From Lingula anatina (lineage: Eukaryota; Animalia; Brachiopoda), in contig CM120642.1 of assembly GCA_051362555.1 (NCBI GenBank), positions 25,234,001 to 25,298,000 of the forward strand: a DNA stretch of 64,000 nucleotides, given 5' to 3'. Shown piece by piece: positions 25,026 through 39,679 of this stretch. A program made the position numbers and the translations under genes. Position 1 is the stretch's first letter. Each line of letters begins with the position of its first letter. The notes below the pieces were generated by a model. It was given only the letters and a program-made list of their open reading frames with translations, did no database searches and was not told the origin of the DNA.

Positions 25026-27065
25026 TAGGTATGAAAAGTCATTAATCTGTTTTTCTTTCTGTTAACAGAACTCGATTATGGTGATTCCCGATAGAGCTCC
25101 CACTGCCCACTGACAACTGGAGAAGAGGGCCACGTCTACACTTCAGCTACTTCGATCAATCCTTGGTGCCAGCGAGTCCTGCCATGGTATAGCTGTCTAC
25201 GAGGTGACTGCTTTGGGGAAGCGTCCAGCGAGTCCTGCCATGGTCTGTCTAGAGGTGGCTGTATTGGGGAAGCGTCCAAGGCATGTGGTGTTTCACTGAG
25301 GTGGAAAACCCTTTAAGGTAAGCTTGAATGCAGAGTGCTGACATAGGTAGGAAAAGTCATTAATCTGTTTTTCTTTCTGTCAACAGAACTCGATTATGGC
25401 GATTCTCAATAGAGCTCCCACTGCCCACTGACAACTGGAGAACAGGGCCACGTCTACACTTCAGCTACTTCGATCAATCCTTGGTACCAGCGAGTCCTGC
25501 CATAGTCCGTCGACGAGATGGCTTCAGTGGGGAAGCGTGCAAGGCATATCGTGTTTCACTGAGATGGAAAACCCTTAAAGGTAAGCCTGAATGCAGAGTG
25601 CTGACATAGGTAGGAAAAGTCGTTAATCCGTTTTTCTTTTTGTTAACAGAACTCGACTATGGCGATTCCCGATAGAGCTCCCACTGACAGCTGCAAATAG
25701 AAGGCCACATCTACGCTTAAGCTACTCAGAACAATCCTGGGTGTCAGCGAGTCCTGCCCTAGCCTGTCTACGAGGTGGCTGTATTGGGGAAGCGTCCATC
25801 GAGTCCTGCCATGGTCTGCCTACGAGGAGGCTGCATTGGGGAAGCGTCCAAGGCATGTGGTGTTTCACTGAGGTGGAAAACCCTTTAAGGTAAGCTTGAA
25901 TGCAGAGTGCTGACATAGGTAGGAAAAGTCTGTTTTTCTTTCTGTCAACAGAACTCGATTATGGCGATTCTCAATAGAGCTCCCACTGCCCACTGACAAC
26001 TGGAGAAGAGGGCCACGTCTACACTTCAGCTACTTCGATCAGTCCTTGGTGCCAGCGAGTCCTGCCATGGTCTAGCTGTCTACGAGGTGACTGAATTGGG
26101 GAGCGTCCAGCGACTCCTAGCTGCCATGGTCTGTCTACGAGATGGCTTCAGTGGGGAAGCGTGCAAGGCATATGGTGTTCCACCGAGATGGAAATCCCTT
26201 AATGGTACATACGAACCGAGCATCGGTGGAGCGTGGATTCCCAGTAACACATGTAAACCACTTCTACTAGATTCTTATATGACTCAAATAAATTTGACAT
26301 GCCAAGGGATAAACTAATAGATCACTCAATCAGCCATTAAAGACCTTTAGATTGCTCCTTTCTTTAAATTTATGGTTGTAAATTTAACCTACTTCCGTGA
26401 CCAACTTTGCTGCCCCATTGACATACAGCTTGGAATGCCAGCAGAAAAATCTGTTCAAACATCATTTTCGGGTAAAATTAAACAATGCCTTTTGGTAATT
26501 CTCTTAGTTATACTACTTGAAACTATATGCTGGCATTTGGTTGGTTTTTGTGACAAAAAATTGACTTTGTATGCATCTTTAAGGTAAGCCTGAATGCAGA
26601 GTGCTGACATAGGTAGGAAAAGTCGTTAATCCGTTTTTCTTTTTGTTAACAGAACTCGACTATGGCGATTCCCGATAGAGCTCCCACTGACAGCTGCAAA
26701 TAGAAGGCCACATCTACGCTTAAGCTACTCAGAACAATCCTGGGTGTCAGCGAGTCCTGCCCTAGCCTGTCTACGAGGTGGCTGTATTGGGGAAGCGTCC
26801 AGTGAGTCTACCAAGGTCTGTCTACGAGGTGGCTGCATTGGGGGAGCGTCCAGTAAGTCCTGCCCTGGTCTGTCTACGAGGTGGCTGCTACTAGGTGGCT
26901 GCACTGGGGAGCGTCCAGCGAGTCCTGCCATGGTCTGTCTACGAGGTGGCTGCAATGGGGAAGCGTCCAGCGGGTCCTGCCATGGTCTGTCTACGAGGTG
27001 GCTGCATTGCTGAAGCGTCAAAGGCATGTGGTGTTTCACTGAGATGGAAAACTCTTAAAGTAACC
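25026..27065 (+). repeat. Array of five exon-intron-like units with an internal 52-bp subrepeat
   Basis: Putative exons 25069-25317, 25387-25580, 25650-25889, 25952-26204, 26653-27059. Each follows a polypyrimidine+AACAG acceptor; most end in AAG|GTAAGC; introns 62-69 nt. Confidence 0.9.
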
Positions 27066-27500
27066 CGTGTTATTGCGGAGTGAAATAGACTAAATTTTTT
27101 TTTCAGTTGCAGTCTTTGCCATATACTTTTCTCCTTACTGGCCATTCGAACTTCAACTTTCCTAAAAACTACTGGTCTGAGTCAGGATTCACTGGTCCGA
27201 ATACAAATTTTAATAAAACTGGACTGGATTACATTTTTATATTATTATTTACAAGACCTTGACATTTTTAGAATTGGGATGTAACAGTAACATTGAAAAT
27301 TAAATCAAATCAAGCTCTTTTGAAAACTTAAAAAAAATCATATGGCCAAATAATCAATTTAAACATTCTGACAAATCTACATGTCCGAACAATTAGAAAT
27401 TCAGTCACTGATTACACAGAAAATAGACATATTGATACAACAAAGGGTTGGTAATTCAATAAACAGTCTTAATAATAATAAGAAAGTGTTACCGTTTTAG

Positions 27501-27638
27501 AGAATAAAAGAAATGGAGATGAGACCCTAGAGAACCGCAGCGTGAAAACAAAGCGGCTGGACAGCAAGAAGTGCAATGACCTGATAGTGCTGGGTTTGCC
27601 TTGGAAGAGCACAGTTTGGTGAAATCGTCATGGCTCAG
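27501..27638 (+). pseudogene. TARDBP: Isolated TDP-43 (TARDBP) exon fragment with a frameshifting internal deletion
   Basis: Manual translation gives NKRNGDETLENRSVKTKRLDSKKCNDLIVLGLPWKST // FGEIVMAQ, matching TDP-43 NLS-RRM1 (NKRK...DLIVLGLPWKTT...FGEVLMVQ); bounded by TTTTAG and GTACTC. Confidence 0.88.
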
Positions 27639-30600
27639 GTACTCATTGCTTCTCATTAAGATTACTGATATTGGTTTCATGAAAAAAGTTTCTTTAAAGT
27701 TAGTCTTTAATTTTTACCAAAAGGATTAAAATGGAGTAGTCCAGAGTTATTCCTGGTATCAAACGATTGCAATTTCATTCTTCTAATAAAACTAATTACT
27801 ATTTTAAGTGAACTGTTTATGCCGAAGACTGCTTTAAATACACACTTTATGGAAATTAAACAAACTAGGTAGAGTTCACTTTTGTTCGTGCCTTGAAATG
27901 AAGTAAAGTCAGATAGATAGAAAGCAAGCTTCTACTCATAATTCTTAAAAACTAATTTATGCTAAAAGTTAATTTATATTTTGAGGTGAGATAAGTTGAT
28001 AGCATTGTTAAGGCCCTAAATTTCAAGGAAATTCATTTAGCAGACATTTTAGAATCCAAAAGCTCTTTCAATTTGTCACAAACTTGAAAAATAAGTCGTG
28101 CAAAAAACTCATTTTAGTGGTCAAAAGCTTTTAATTTGTCACAAACTTCAAAAAAAAAGAAAGAAATCACTAATGCAAAATATCTTGAGATCCTATCGGC
28201 CAACTTTCAGATCTTCATCAGTTGCAATGCGATATAAGTTGCGTTGTCAAGAACAAGGAGCTACTACCCCCAAACCTCACCCCAAGTGCTGCTGTTGTGG
28301 TACTAAGAGACCATCGTACAGGTGAGCATGTATTTTCATCTGTTTACATTGTTCAGATCGTAAGGCGTTTTCGTGATTCATCGTATTCCTTCCTTTATCC
28401 CTCTTATTTTCTAGTCACTTTCTTTTTGTAGAATCTTAGCATTATCTTAAATCATAATGTGGTTTTCTTGTGTTGTTATAGAAATATAATAAAATAGAAT
28501 AAAATAATAGTCGTGACAAGAACCAAAGTATTATGAAACATCAAAATATCAGAAATAACGGTATGAATTACCAATGACATACATGTTCTTTGTTGCAATT
28601 ATTGCAAGCTTTCTGTTACTTTCATACTTTTGTGTGAACCTGTTACTTTTCATTTGTAGGTTACGAATGGGCAGTTTTCCAGAAATAATGCCCGAACGCA
28701 GATACCATCAATCCTAGCCCAATTGTCCAAGATGCGAAACACTTAAAGGCGCTTGCAACGAGCCCCTGTAGCCACTTTCATTGATGATCGGACGTCCTAG
28801 CAGTCTTGGTTTTTAAGGACACGGCTTGTCTGCGAAAAAATTTAGAGAATGTGGAATGGTAAAGAAGAGCGATTCATTGAATATAAGAAGAATGCAATCT
28901 AATAATGTACTCAAGTCTTTTATATATTGAGAATATTTGCGCTTCATAGATCACAAATGAGTCGGGTCTAATTGTATTTAGTAAGTTTTATTTTTTTTAC
29001 TTATGACAGTGAAACATTTTATTCCAATAGCTTAAGAGAAAACTGAAGTTCAGTATGATCATTCATAATTCCATAAATGCTCAATTGAATAAGATGAATT
29101 GTGGTTCTGTGTGAATTTTTTTTCTGCCTTAACAGTTGTTATTAAAATTTAAAATAGAATATCCAGTTGCTTTATCCACATTCTAAATGCAGATAGGTTT
29201 TCGCTCGCAAAGCTTTGGTATTACCACCACTTGTCCTGTAGTCGTCTGTGTTTTATTTCAATATTAGTGATGTAGTCATTTTTCATATTTGTGCTTTTGG
29301 TGATGTGGAGTTGTTCGTCAGTATAGCGTTTGAGAAGATCATAATCCGCACACTTACCTCAACTAAAACCCTCACATCTTTGTAAAATCCGACTTGATGT
29401 AAATACTTTTACATGAAGAGGTTTTACATTGATAGCGTGTGCAAAATCTATAATGAAATATTTTACGTTTGAGAAAATATTTCATTATAATTTTTGTACA
29501 CAGCTCCTCGTGAGGGATGGCTGGGTGCACACAGTTGTCTCTCAAGATTGAGGATAGCACATTACTAATATTACTAATATTATGATTTTCTCAAGTGTTA
29601 TAGTTGACAAATATATCCAGTTCATCAGACATGCACCTTTTTTCTCCGGACCCAAAAAATTCATATTGAAATTTTCATGGACGGTCATACAGTGTGATGT
29701 GGAATATGAAATATGTCAAAGCAAACTTGCTTTAATTCTTTCCTTGTATCATACAGTTGTGATTTCAGGGCAAAATTACATTTGAGAAATTTCTATTCAG
29801 TTATATGTCAAAGTTTAATTTCAATCATTGATGTGTCTGGGTAATAATCATATTACCTGAACTTTTATATATTTTATCATGAGAGAAAACTATATCCAAG
29901 TTTTGATGTATGCTTTCAGTTGCAAAAGGATCGAGTTGCTTCATTTATGACTTCATCCCCTAGATGAAGTTAAAATAAGCCTCAGTTTAATTGTGTTAAG
30001 ACTAGTAAATGTCTTAATTGTCTTCAGTACCGCTTTCAGTAAGAATTACATGTTCTTTGGTAAATTCTTGTGCTTCATCTTGTGTACCAGTATAGTGTAT
30101 ATAGAGAACAGTTTGTAGCCACGAGAAAGTTGATTCAGTTGCACCATGCTGTCTGAAACGGGGCGATATTTATGAACTGTATGGCGCCGTGCTAGTTAAA
30201 AAAAACTGAAGTTATGACCTTAAAAAGGTTGAAGTATCCGGGCGTGGGCACTTTCCCGGCATTCCCCACGAAGGGTTTAGACGGGGTTTTCCCCACGGTC
30301 CGAGGGCATCGGGTACTACCATTTATTGATTAATTGCGTTTACATCATTCATTAATGATTACTGAAGTACTTTCGAAATTTAATGTTACTGTACATAATA
30401 GTTGAATAAAACTATATTCTCTAATTTTTCTTTTTGTTAAAAAAAAACGGAAGGCGTGCACAGATTGAAAAATAATCACCCGACTTGCAAATTCATTTTA
30501 ATGGTGTTGAATGCCTGTGCACGCGGCTCGGTTACTTAGTCGAAATTAACTTTTTTTAAATGCCCCATCTCCCTTAAACTTAATATAAGATTGGGGATTA

Positions 30601-32018
30601 TTGTCACGTAGATTTCTTCCATAAAACTAGGCAATGTCCAGGTAATAAAATTGATTTTTGGTTTTGGAAATAAGACTGCGGTGTTTCAAAACTTTTTCTC
30701 CGGGCATAACTAGAGCCTTTAGAATCGACTATCTTACATAATAAATATATCCCGCTGTAGATGTAATAACCCAACACCTTTTGATGTTAGTGAAGGGGTA
30801 CATCATATATATAGGGGCGGATCCAAGATTTCCTAGATGCCGACCCCCGGTCCCCTTGGCGTGGGGTAAGGGGCCCACACAAGGGCCCCGAAAAATTAAA
30901 AAGTTTGGTATTTTGGAGGACGAACGGTGCCACTTGGTTGGTTTAGAACTATGATTCAGCTAGTCAAATTTCTAACTTCAAAGGGGGAATATTAGCGTGG
31001 GGTTTTGCACTTGAAAACAATTTAAGGAAAAATCTTGCTTTACGTGCTGGGTTAAGTGAATTTAAATGAGAAATGGAACCTGGTTTCTTTTTGGTGCATT
31101 ACGCCGTTTAAACTTTACAAACTTTGAGAGCGTTTATTATTGGCGGGCAAACCCATCAGTGTAACTTTCACACATGGACCATGTTTACTCTATAGGTAAA
31201 TATCCAAATGATGGACCATTGGCATTAGTGTCAATTTTTTCCCGATAATCTACTAACCGTAAACTTAATGGTCGACTCCACATAAACGATGTATCAGAAA
31301 ACAGCAAAGATTTGGTGCTGTACTCATAACACAGCTATAGCTTCTTTTAAGCAGTTTCCATTACGTTACTCATCTTCTAGAGATGGAGTAAAAGAAACCT
31401 TAAAGGGATAATAACTCTTGGTTTTAGCCCAAAAATGAATTTTCCTGGAGTAAACAACAATTTTCCCATACTTACCAATGGTTAATGAATCCATTTTTAC
31501 ATTCAAAGTTAGTCCCTGGTTTTTTTCTAAAAAGTTTGGTTTTTTGTTAAAATCTCTTAAGAGATTATAACAGAGTATAGCCATCAATGGATGTCACGTG
31601 GTCTGAAGACAAGCTCAGATATCAGAATAATAGCTATAACTGCCGTTTTCGTCGTAAAACAGAATATATTATATTTCTATGAGTTATTCACAATGTTTTT
31701 ATTGTGAAATATAGATTTCATACGAAGAGTTATTATCCTTTTAATATTTTCTTTAAGCCTCAAGTGTGCACCAGCAGAATTTTGGGCAACGTTGGAAAAT
31801 ACCTTGTGCTGTAGGAATTGTCTGGTGCATTAAAGCCTTCACCGAGTCAGAATTCTGACATAATTCAACGTCCAGTGGTAACTAACCGACTAAGCCAAAG
31901 AATTATTTAAGCTTCCTTTAAACAGAAAAACAACGAAAATATTTTTTCCATACACAATTCTTTAATAGTCTTTTTTCTTTTTTTTACAACACTTGATTCA
32001 CTTCACTTTGTTATTAAT

Positions 32019-33971
<1,953 letters not shown>

Positions 33972-34299
33972 GGTTTAGGCTGCAACGAAGAATTGATTTT
34001 GATTGAGTCACTTGCAAAAAGTTTTTAATACTGAGATCTGAAAATTACATTTTCACAACTAAGATTAAGTTAAATACTTTGCACGAAAAGATCTCAAACT
34101 GGGGGAGGGGGGGAGGGGGGAGTCATGCACGAGTCCGTCCCTTTAGTGGGCTAAAGTTCTGTACTGGCAATACCTCGAAATGTGCATTTAAGATCAAAAA
34201 TACCAACCACATAGTTCAAAAATCAAAGAAAAACAAAATGAGAAGTAAAGAAATAATGATCCTCTCTACATAATCGTTTAATCACGCAAACATGTTCAA

Positions 34300-34410
34300 C
34301 TATGTGGCCATAGAAGGATGACGGCCTTACTGTTGTCGTTCATGGCACATTGAGACTGTTTTACCTCCTTTTCCTTCATAAATTTCACACAACCATCGAT
34401 AGGAAAGAAT
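34300..34410 (-). ncRNA. Candidate box H/ACA snoRNA in RPL9 intron 1
   Basis: Hairpin TCTTTCCT/AGGAAAAGGA, ANANNA box (AAAACA), second hairpin GCCAT/ATGGC with an internal loop, and ACA 14 nt after the upper stem. Confidence 0.4.
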
Positions 34411-34515
34411 TTCTTTTGCTTATGACTTATAACATAGAAAAAAATTAGGCAGATGAAGACGACAAAGGATTGATTTCGGTGGATTTGTTTTACTCAGTTC
34501 ACGAAAGTTTCCCAC

Positions 34516-34540
34516 CTGAAGTATGGCCGACGGAAAAGGA
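34516..34540 (-). promoter_or_regulatory. RPL9: RPL9 non-coding exon 1 with TCT/5'TOP initiator
   Basis: Minus strand TTCCTTTTCCGTCGGCCATACTTCAG|GTGGGA; a polypyrimidine start is typical of ribosomal protein genes; acceptor lies 8 nt before the ATG. Confidence 0.75.
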
Positions 34541-34545
34541 AATTC

Positions 34546-34572
34546 ATGGGCATTGTGGGAAGAATTGTACTT
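34546..34572 (-). promoter_or_regulatory. ZNF143/Staf-like motif in the RPL9-YIPF5 bidirectional promoter
   Basis: Minus strand AGTACAATTCTTCCCACAATGCCC resembles the ACTACAnnTCCCAnnATGC motif. Confidence 0.55.
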
Positions 34573-35343
34573 CTACGTAGCCATTGGTACACGTTGAAAG
34601 CAGCCGCTAAATTATACTTCTGTGGTAAGTTATATCGTCAACGGAGATCGTGAGTAATTTAAATTAGTTTTTAGAACCTTGTAAATATATTTATATCTAG
34701 AAAATCTGTTAAACGCATAAATAGGCTCCGAATAACCAAGTAAACAGGAAAAAATGGTATACCCTGCTGTCAGTGTCAGTCTTGTCAAACTACACATAAA
34801 AAATTCTGAAGTAGGCGCGACCGTTGTTGCCTTGATTATAAGTTAACCAAATTAAGAATTTTTACTGTGGTGATTGATTTTTTAGTTTATTAATTTTAGT
34901 CCCGTGATAGTCACTTTATCACTAGCACTACTTCCAAAATGATTTGCAGATGGTAGATAATATTATTAATTATATAAAGTCGTAATATATACATGTATTA
35001 TTATACCAGGTGGATTAAATAGATGTTTACTAGTATTCAGAACTATCAGCAACCCGTTTAAGATCATACCGTACCTTTATATGAGAAAAGGGATAAATGA
35101 GTTCCAGGAGCTTCCTTCCCCTCCCCCCCCCCCCCCTTCCAATCATGTTTGATACTCTGGTTGAGTTTTTTCCAGTTACTAATTTACACCAGTAATAGGT
35201 CAAAATTTATTGTTAGGTTATTGCAATGCAGCAATGCATGAGATACAACAGGGTCTCACTTTGCCTTGCTTTCTGCTGATTTTGATAGTAAAACTGCCTC
35301 ACACTGAACGCAGCTTTTTTTAAATGTTCCAGCTCTTACCAAG

Positions 35344-37109
35344 ATGTCAGGGTTTGGCCAGGCAGATGATGGCTTCTTCCAAGCTGACTACTCTGGTTAT
35401 GATCAGCAGCAGACTTCTGGCTATGATATGGGAGACATGCCGCCAGAGCAGTGAGTATAAAGCTGTCATAAGTGGAGCCTCAACCTGAGCTGTACAGTAT
35501 CATACCACTGATACTCTGCATTGTTAAGGCTTAGTAGAGTAGTGGTATAATACCATCGATGCCCAGTATAAAAGGCCTGGTAGAGTGGTCGTATAATACC
35601 ATTGCTTCTATCAGGGGCAGGTCCAGAGATATTTCTGATATTTTGTCTTCCCAATTATCTTTGTTAATCCATCCTCCATTTTTGACCATCTTCCCACTGA
35701 AAAAATAACATGCCTTTCAGTGTAAATTTGAAAAATTCTGACACTCTTCTGGGAGACCCAGAAGATGGCCTTCATCTGCCCCTGTCTTAGGCTTAGTAGA
35801 GTAGCAGGGGCGGATCCAGAGCTATTTACTGACAGTCTTCCAAATCATCTTTGTTGATTCATCCTCCAATTTTGACCGTCTTCCAACAGAAAAAATTAGA
35901 TACCCGTCAATGTAAACTTGAAAATCTGACCGTCTTCCGGAAGACCCAGAAGACGGCCTAAATGCATCCCTGAGTAGTGGTTTAAAACTGCTGATGTTCT
36001 CCAAAAAGCCTAGTAAAGTGATGGTATAAAACTGTGATATTCTGTGTAAGACCTAGTGAAGTAGTGGTATAATACCATTGATACTCTGTGTAAGACTAAG
36101 AAGAGTATAGTCATTTAATGCATTCATTCTGAATGATTGTTAATATCAAGTTCAGCAGTAGAGGTATTTTACTTGAATCATTCAATATATTGGTTTAATT
36201 TAAATATAATAGACTTATTTAGGGAATTTTAAACATTGTTACAAGTTCATTCTCATGTCAGTGCAAGTGTCATTCATACCTTTAGGCATCATTTAGGAAT
36301 AAAGATAACTTCCATTTCTGTACAGAAATACTATTACAAGTGTATCATGTAATTCAAATTGAAACCCCCGTACATATAATTGTATTGTTGCATTCTTACA
36401 CTTTATTTCAGACAATTTGGTCAGTTTGACTACTCAGGCTATGGTCAGCAGGGTGGCCAGTACCCAGGGGTCAGTTCCCCCCAGGGTCAGTACATGGGCT
36501 CCATACTGACCCCTGATCCTGCAGCCTCTTTCACAGCTCCAGGGGGACCCGAGGACTATGAGAATGAACCTCCTTTGTTAGAAGGTAGGGGGAACATTCA
36601 GACACTTACCAATTCTATGCATTAATCATGATGTCTATTTTTTAATTATTTCAATATATCAATTCAAAATGTTTTCAAGTGTAATTTCTTATAGATTTAT
36701 ATATTTTGAGTACTGTCATATTGGTAACCCTTAACATTTTCATTCATACATGCAGGAATGAACACGTAAAAATGCGTGCACATACTTACATGCTTGTATT
36801 CCCCACATTCATTTGTGTATGCACGCACGCATGCAAGTTTGCACACGCAAACACACAGACAAACGCTTACGCAGACGCACACTAGATCAAGTATGAATGT
36901 AGACTGAACGTAATATTGGAGTGCTGATTTCTGATTTTCTTCAAGGGAAGCACAAGTTCCTGTACATGAAAAACCATGTAAATTCAGTTAGTTGTAGCTT
37001 TTTAATTGAGTTTTTGTAATTGGGTAACTAGTTTTTCTATATGACAAATTAATTGAACTTTTTTACCCCTTCAGAGCTTGGACTAAACTTTGATCACATT
37101 GTGCAGAAG
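35344..37109 (+). CDS. YIPF5: Yip1-domain family member 5-like, 5' part only; exons 35344-35450, 36412-36584, 37075-37109
   Basis: Splices in frame to MSGFGQADDGFFQADYSGYD...YMGSILTP...DYENEPPLLEELGLNFDHIVQK, the Yip1/YIPF5 signature; downstream transmembrane exons were not found in the window. Confidence 0.9.
35480..36110 (+). repeat. Degenerate minisatellite (about 46 bp) interrupted by two related MITE copies of about 170 bp
   Basis: Repeated AGGCTTAGTAGAGTAGTGGTATAATACCATTGATACTCTG; elements CAGGGGC...GCCCCTG (35612-35784) and CAGGGG...TCCCTG (35806-35972). Confidence 0.75.
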
Positions 37110-38877
37110 GTAAGTCACATCTTGTGATTGTGTTAGTTGTGCCATGATTGCAGCGCTCACAATTTGAAGTACAGCTCATTGTGTCAAGCTCACCTGATAC
37201 ATCTGTTCTGTTTTCTTTACTTGTAGATTTTTACAATGCATTTTTTTGCATTGCAGGCCTGCATGTTTGCATTTGATTTGATTATCAGTTTTAAATTAAA
37301 AACTCTGCTTTACATTATTTTTTAATTTATTAAAAGATCCAGTTGCTTCAGCATAGAAGTATTGCCACATGCATAAAATTAACTTTTGTAAATGTGATGT
37401 TGGTATACAGTGAGGAAATGCCATATTTGCTGAACTACGAGTATAGCTTAAGTTATGAATTATATAAGCTTTAAAAATATCCACTTATAACAAATTTTTT
37501 TAAAATTATTTACAACACAATATTACACACTGGATAAAAATTTCTTTTTGTATTCTTAAACAAAATGCAAAGCAAAACAGTTCAAAATCCATATGCCTTG
37601 CACTGTTGTAAATGATATAAAATGTGATACATTGAAATACTATTTGCACTTAATTAAATTGGTTTAACACCTGGATCTTAATTTACATGAGATATCTATT
37701 TCATACATAAATCAAATTATTAGCAAACTCATGTGATAAGCCTCACTCAATACTGGGAAAGGAATATTTTCTGCCCTTCTACATGTGGTTTGTTATGCCT
37801 TTTAGTCAATAAAATCAGCAAAATAACTGAAACTTAAATTGTATGATTGAAGATCATGGAAGGGTAAAATACAGTTTTTGTTTTCTGCATGGCATGAGAG
37901 TTTTATTTTATCTGTGAATGGCCATGAAGATAACCCCTAAAAGATGAATAAATTCAGAATTTTCTGAAATTCCCCTTTGTCTATTTCCATGGAGGCAGAA
38001 ATCACTTTAAAACATGGAACACTGTCAGAAGATATTACCATTCCTTTCATTAGCCCTCCCTGTGCAAATTGCACCAGAGCGCTGAAGACCATCAACATGG
38101 GAAGCAGAAGCCCCAAGAGAATGATTTAGGACAATTAAATCAGCCAACTCTTCTTGTTATTATCCCCAGGAAAGTGATTACTTTTTGTGGAGGGTTTTAC
38201 CAATTATATAATTTAGAAGATATATATATATGCATTATCTTTTGTGTCTCTGCACAGTCATCTCGTAGGGACTTCAGCATATATTGCAATGCAATATTTT
38301 TCTTGTGTGTTTTCATCAGTGTTAAAGTTTTATGACATATTGTGCATGATAATATTAATTTGAACAATATCTGTTGCTGTCACGATATATTGTGAAACTT
38401 CTCAAAATACGTAACTGATATGTGGAAAATTACAGACATTGTTTTCATTGTTCATACACATCACTTTGTCTGGTCATATCATTAAAACTAAAACAATTAA
38501 ACAATATCACGTACATGTGTTCAGAAAACTCATTTTCTGCTAATTTAACACCCGTGACAATGATGTAATATGAATTTTTTTTTTTTGCATGAAAGTAAAG
38601 TAATTGTTCACAGATTTCATACTTAGTAAAATATTTTATTATTATTTATGATAGATAATTTAGGGTCACTCACAAAAACATATACCATTGGATTTACTCC
38701 TTTTTCAGAATGTGGATCATCTTTTTCGGGTGTCTACAGGACTGAAATCATTTATTATAAAAATGGGGTGGGTTTTTTTTTTCTAAAAAAGAGGACCTTT
38801 TTACCACAAACTAAGAAATGGAATAGAACCTACAAATAATTTATATTTAGAGCAGACCTTTTCGCGACCAAAACCTC

Positions 38878-38903
38878 CACACACACACACACACACACAC
38901 ACA
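38878..38903. repeat. (CA)n microsatellite
   Basis: Directly visible. Confidence 0.95.
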
Positions 38904-39679
38904 CCCCTGGACCTTTGTTAACAAAGCTTTGTTTTAGGAATTATGATTTATTATTGCTGCGTGGAATAAGTAGGAAATTATGGTAAAAACCATTTGCTTA
39001 ATGCCATAATGATTTATGCAGAACGTATCATTTTTATTGTTAGAGCATCATTATAGTAATTGCTCCATCTTGTTTTTGCAAGGCAGGTCTAAAACATTTA
39101 GTTAAAATGATGTGTCTGATATCTAGCAAGCACTTGTCAACCTTAGTCCTGCAATTTACTCTATATCAGTGTTTCTACTTGAGCAGTTCAGCTTGGAAGC
39201 CTACATATCAGTCATGACTTGTCTCTAATCTAAGAATAAGCAATTAATAATTATCATTTTAGCTTGCATAGCGCATACTTATATTTATAATGCATTGTAA
39301 AAACTCTAAGCTGTAGCAGAAAAGCATTAATCAGCTTTTTGCCTTTATCATTATTGGAAATGTTCTTCAATTAAGGAATATGTATAAAAGAACTTCTCAA
39401 AATGACATTATATGATTTACATTGCAATAAAACAAAAGATTATGATAATGCATGAGATTCAGTTTTAAAAAGTTGCTGGGCTAACAATAGGATACAGATT
39501 TTTGTCAGTGCTAAAAACCAATAGTTGGTAGCTAACCGAAATGAAATATTTTTCATCAATTTTCATCTATAAATCATAAATCATTTTAAGTAAGCTCAGA
39601 AATTCAACATGTCTAGAATATTTTAGCAATTTTATTGAAACAAAAAAAAAATGTCTGTTGTGAGCCCAGGAGATAACAT

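Noticed and set aside
24529-25065. Overlapping 102-136 aa ORFs on both strands
   Set aside because: No recognisable domain; consistent with chance in a locally GC-richer segment.
25170-27010. HDV-like ribozyme resemblance on the minus strand (GCC/GTC-ACCTCGTA-GAC-AGACCAT-GG)
   Set aside because: Spacing mimics P3-L3-P1-P1.1, but the L3 U is replaced by A, P3 is mismatched in most copies, and I found no convincing P1 5' strand or P2/J4-2. An RNArobo/Infernal search would settle it.
25069-27059. CRISPR-like array or Cys-rich repeat protein (CLRGGC)
   Set aside because: Eukaryotic context, no unique spacers and no cas genes; the 52-bp period shifts frame and stops occur.
29580-29790. Possible decayed transposase-like words on the minus strand
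   Set aside because: Similarity is too weak and split across frames.
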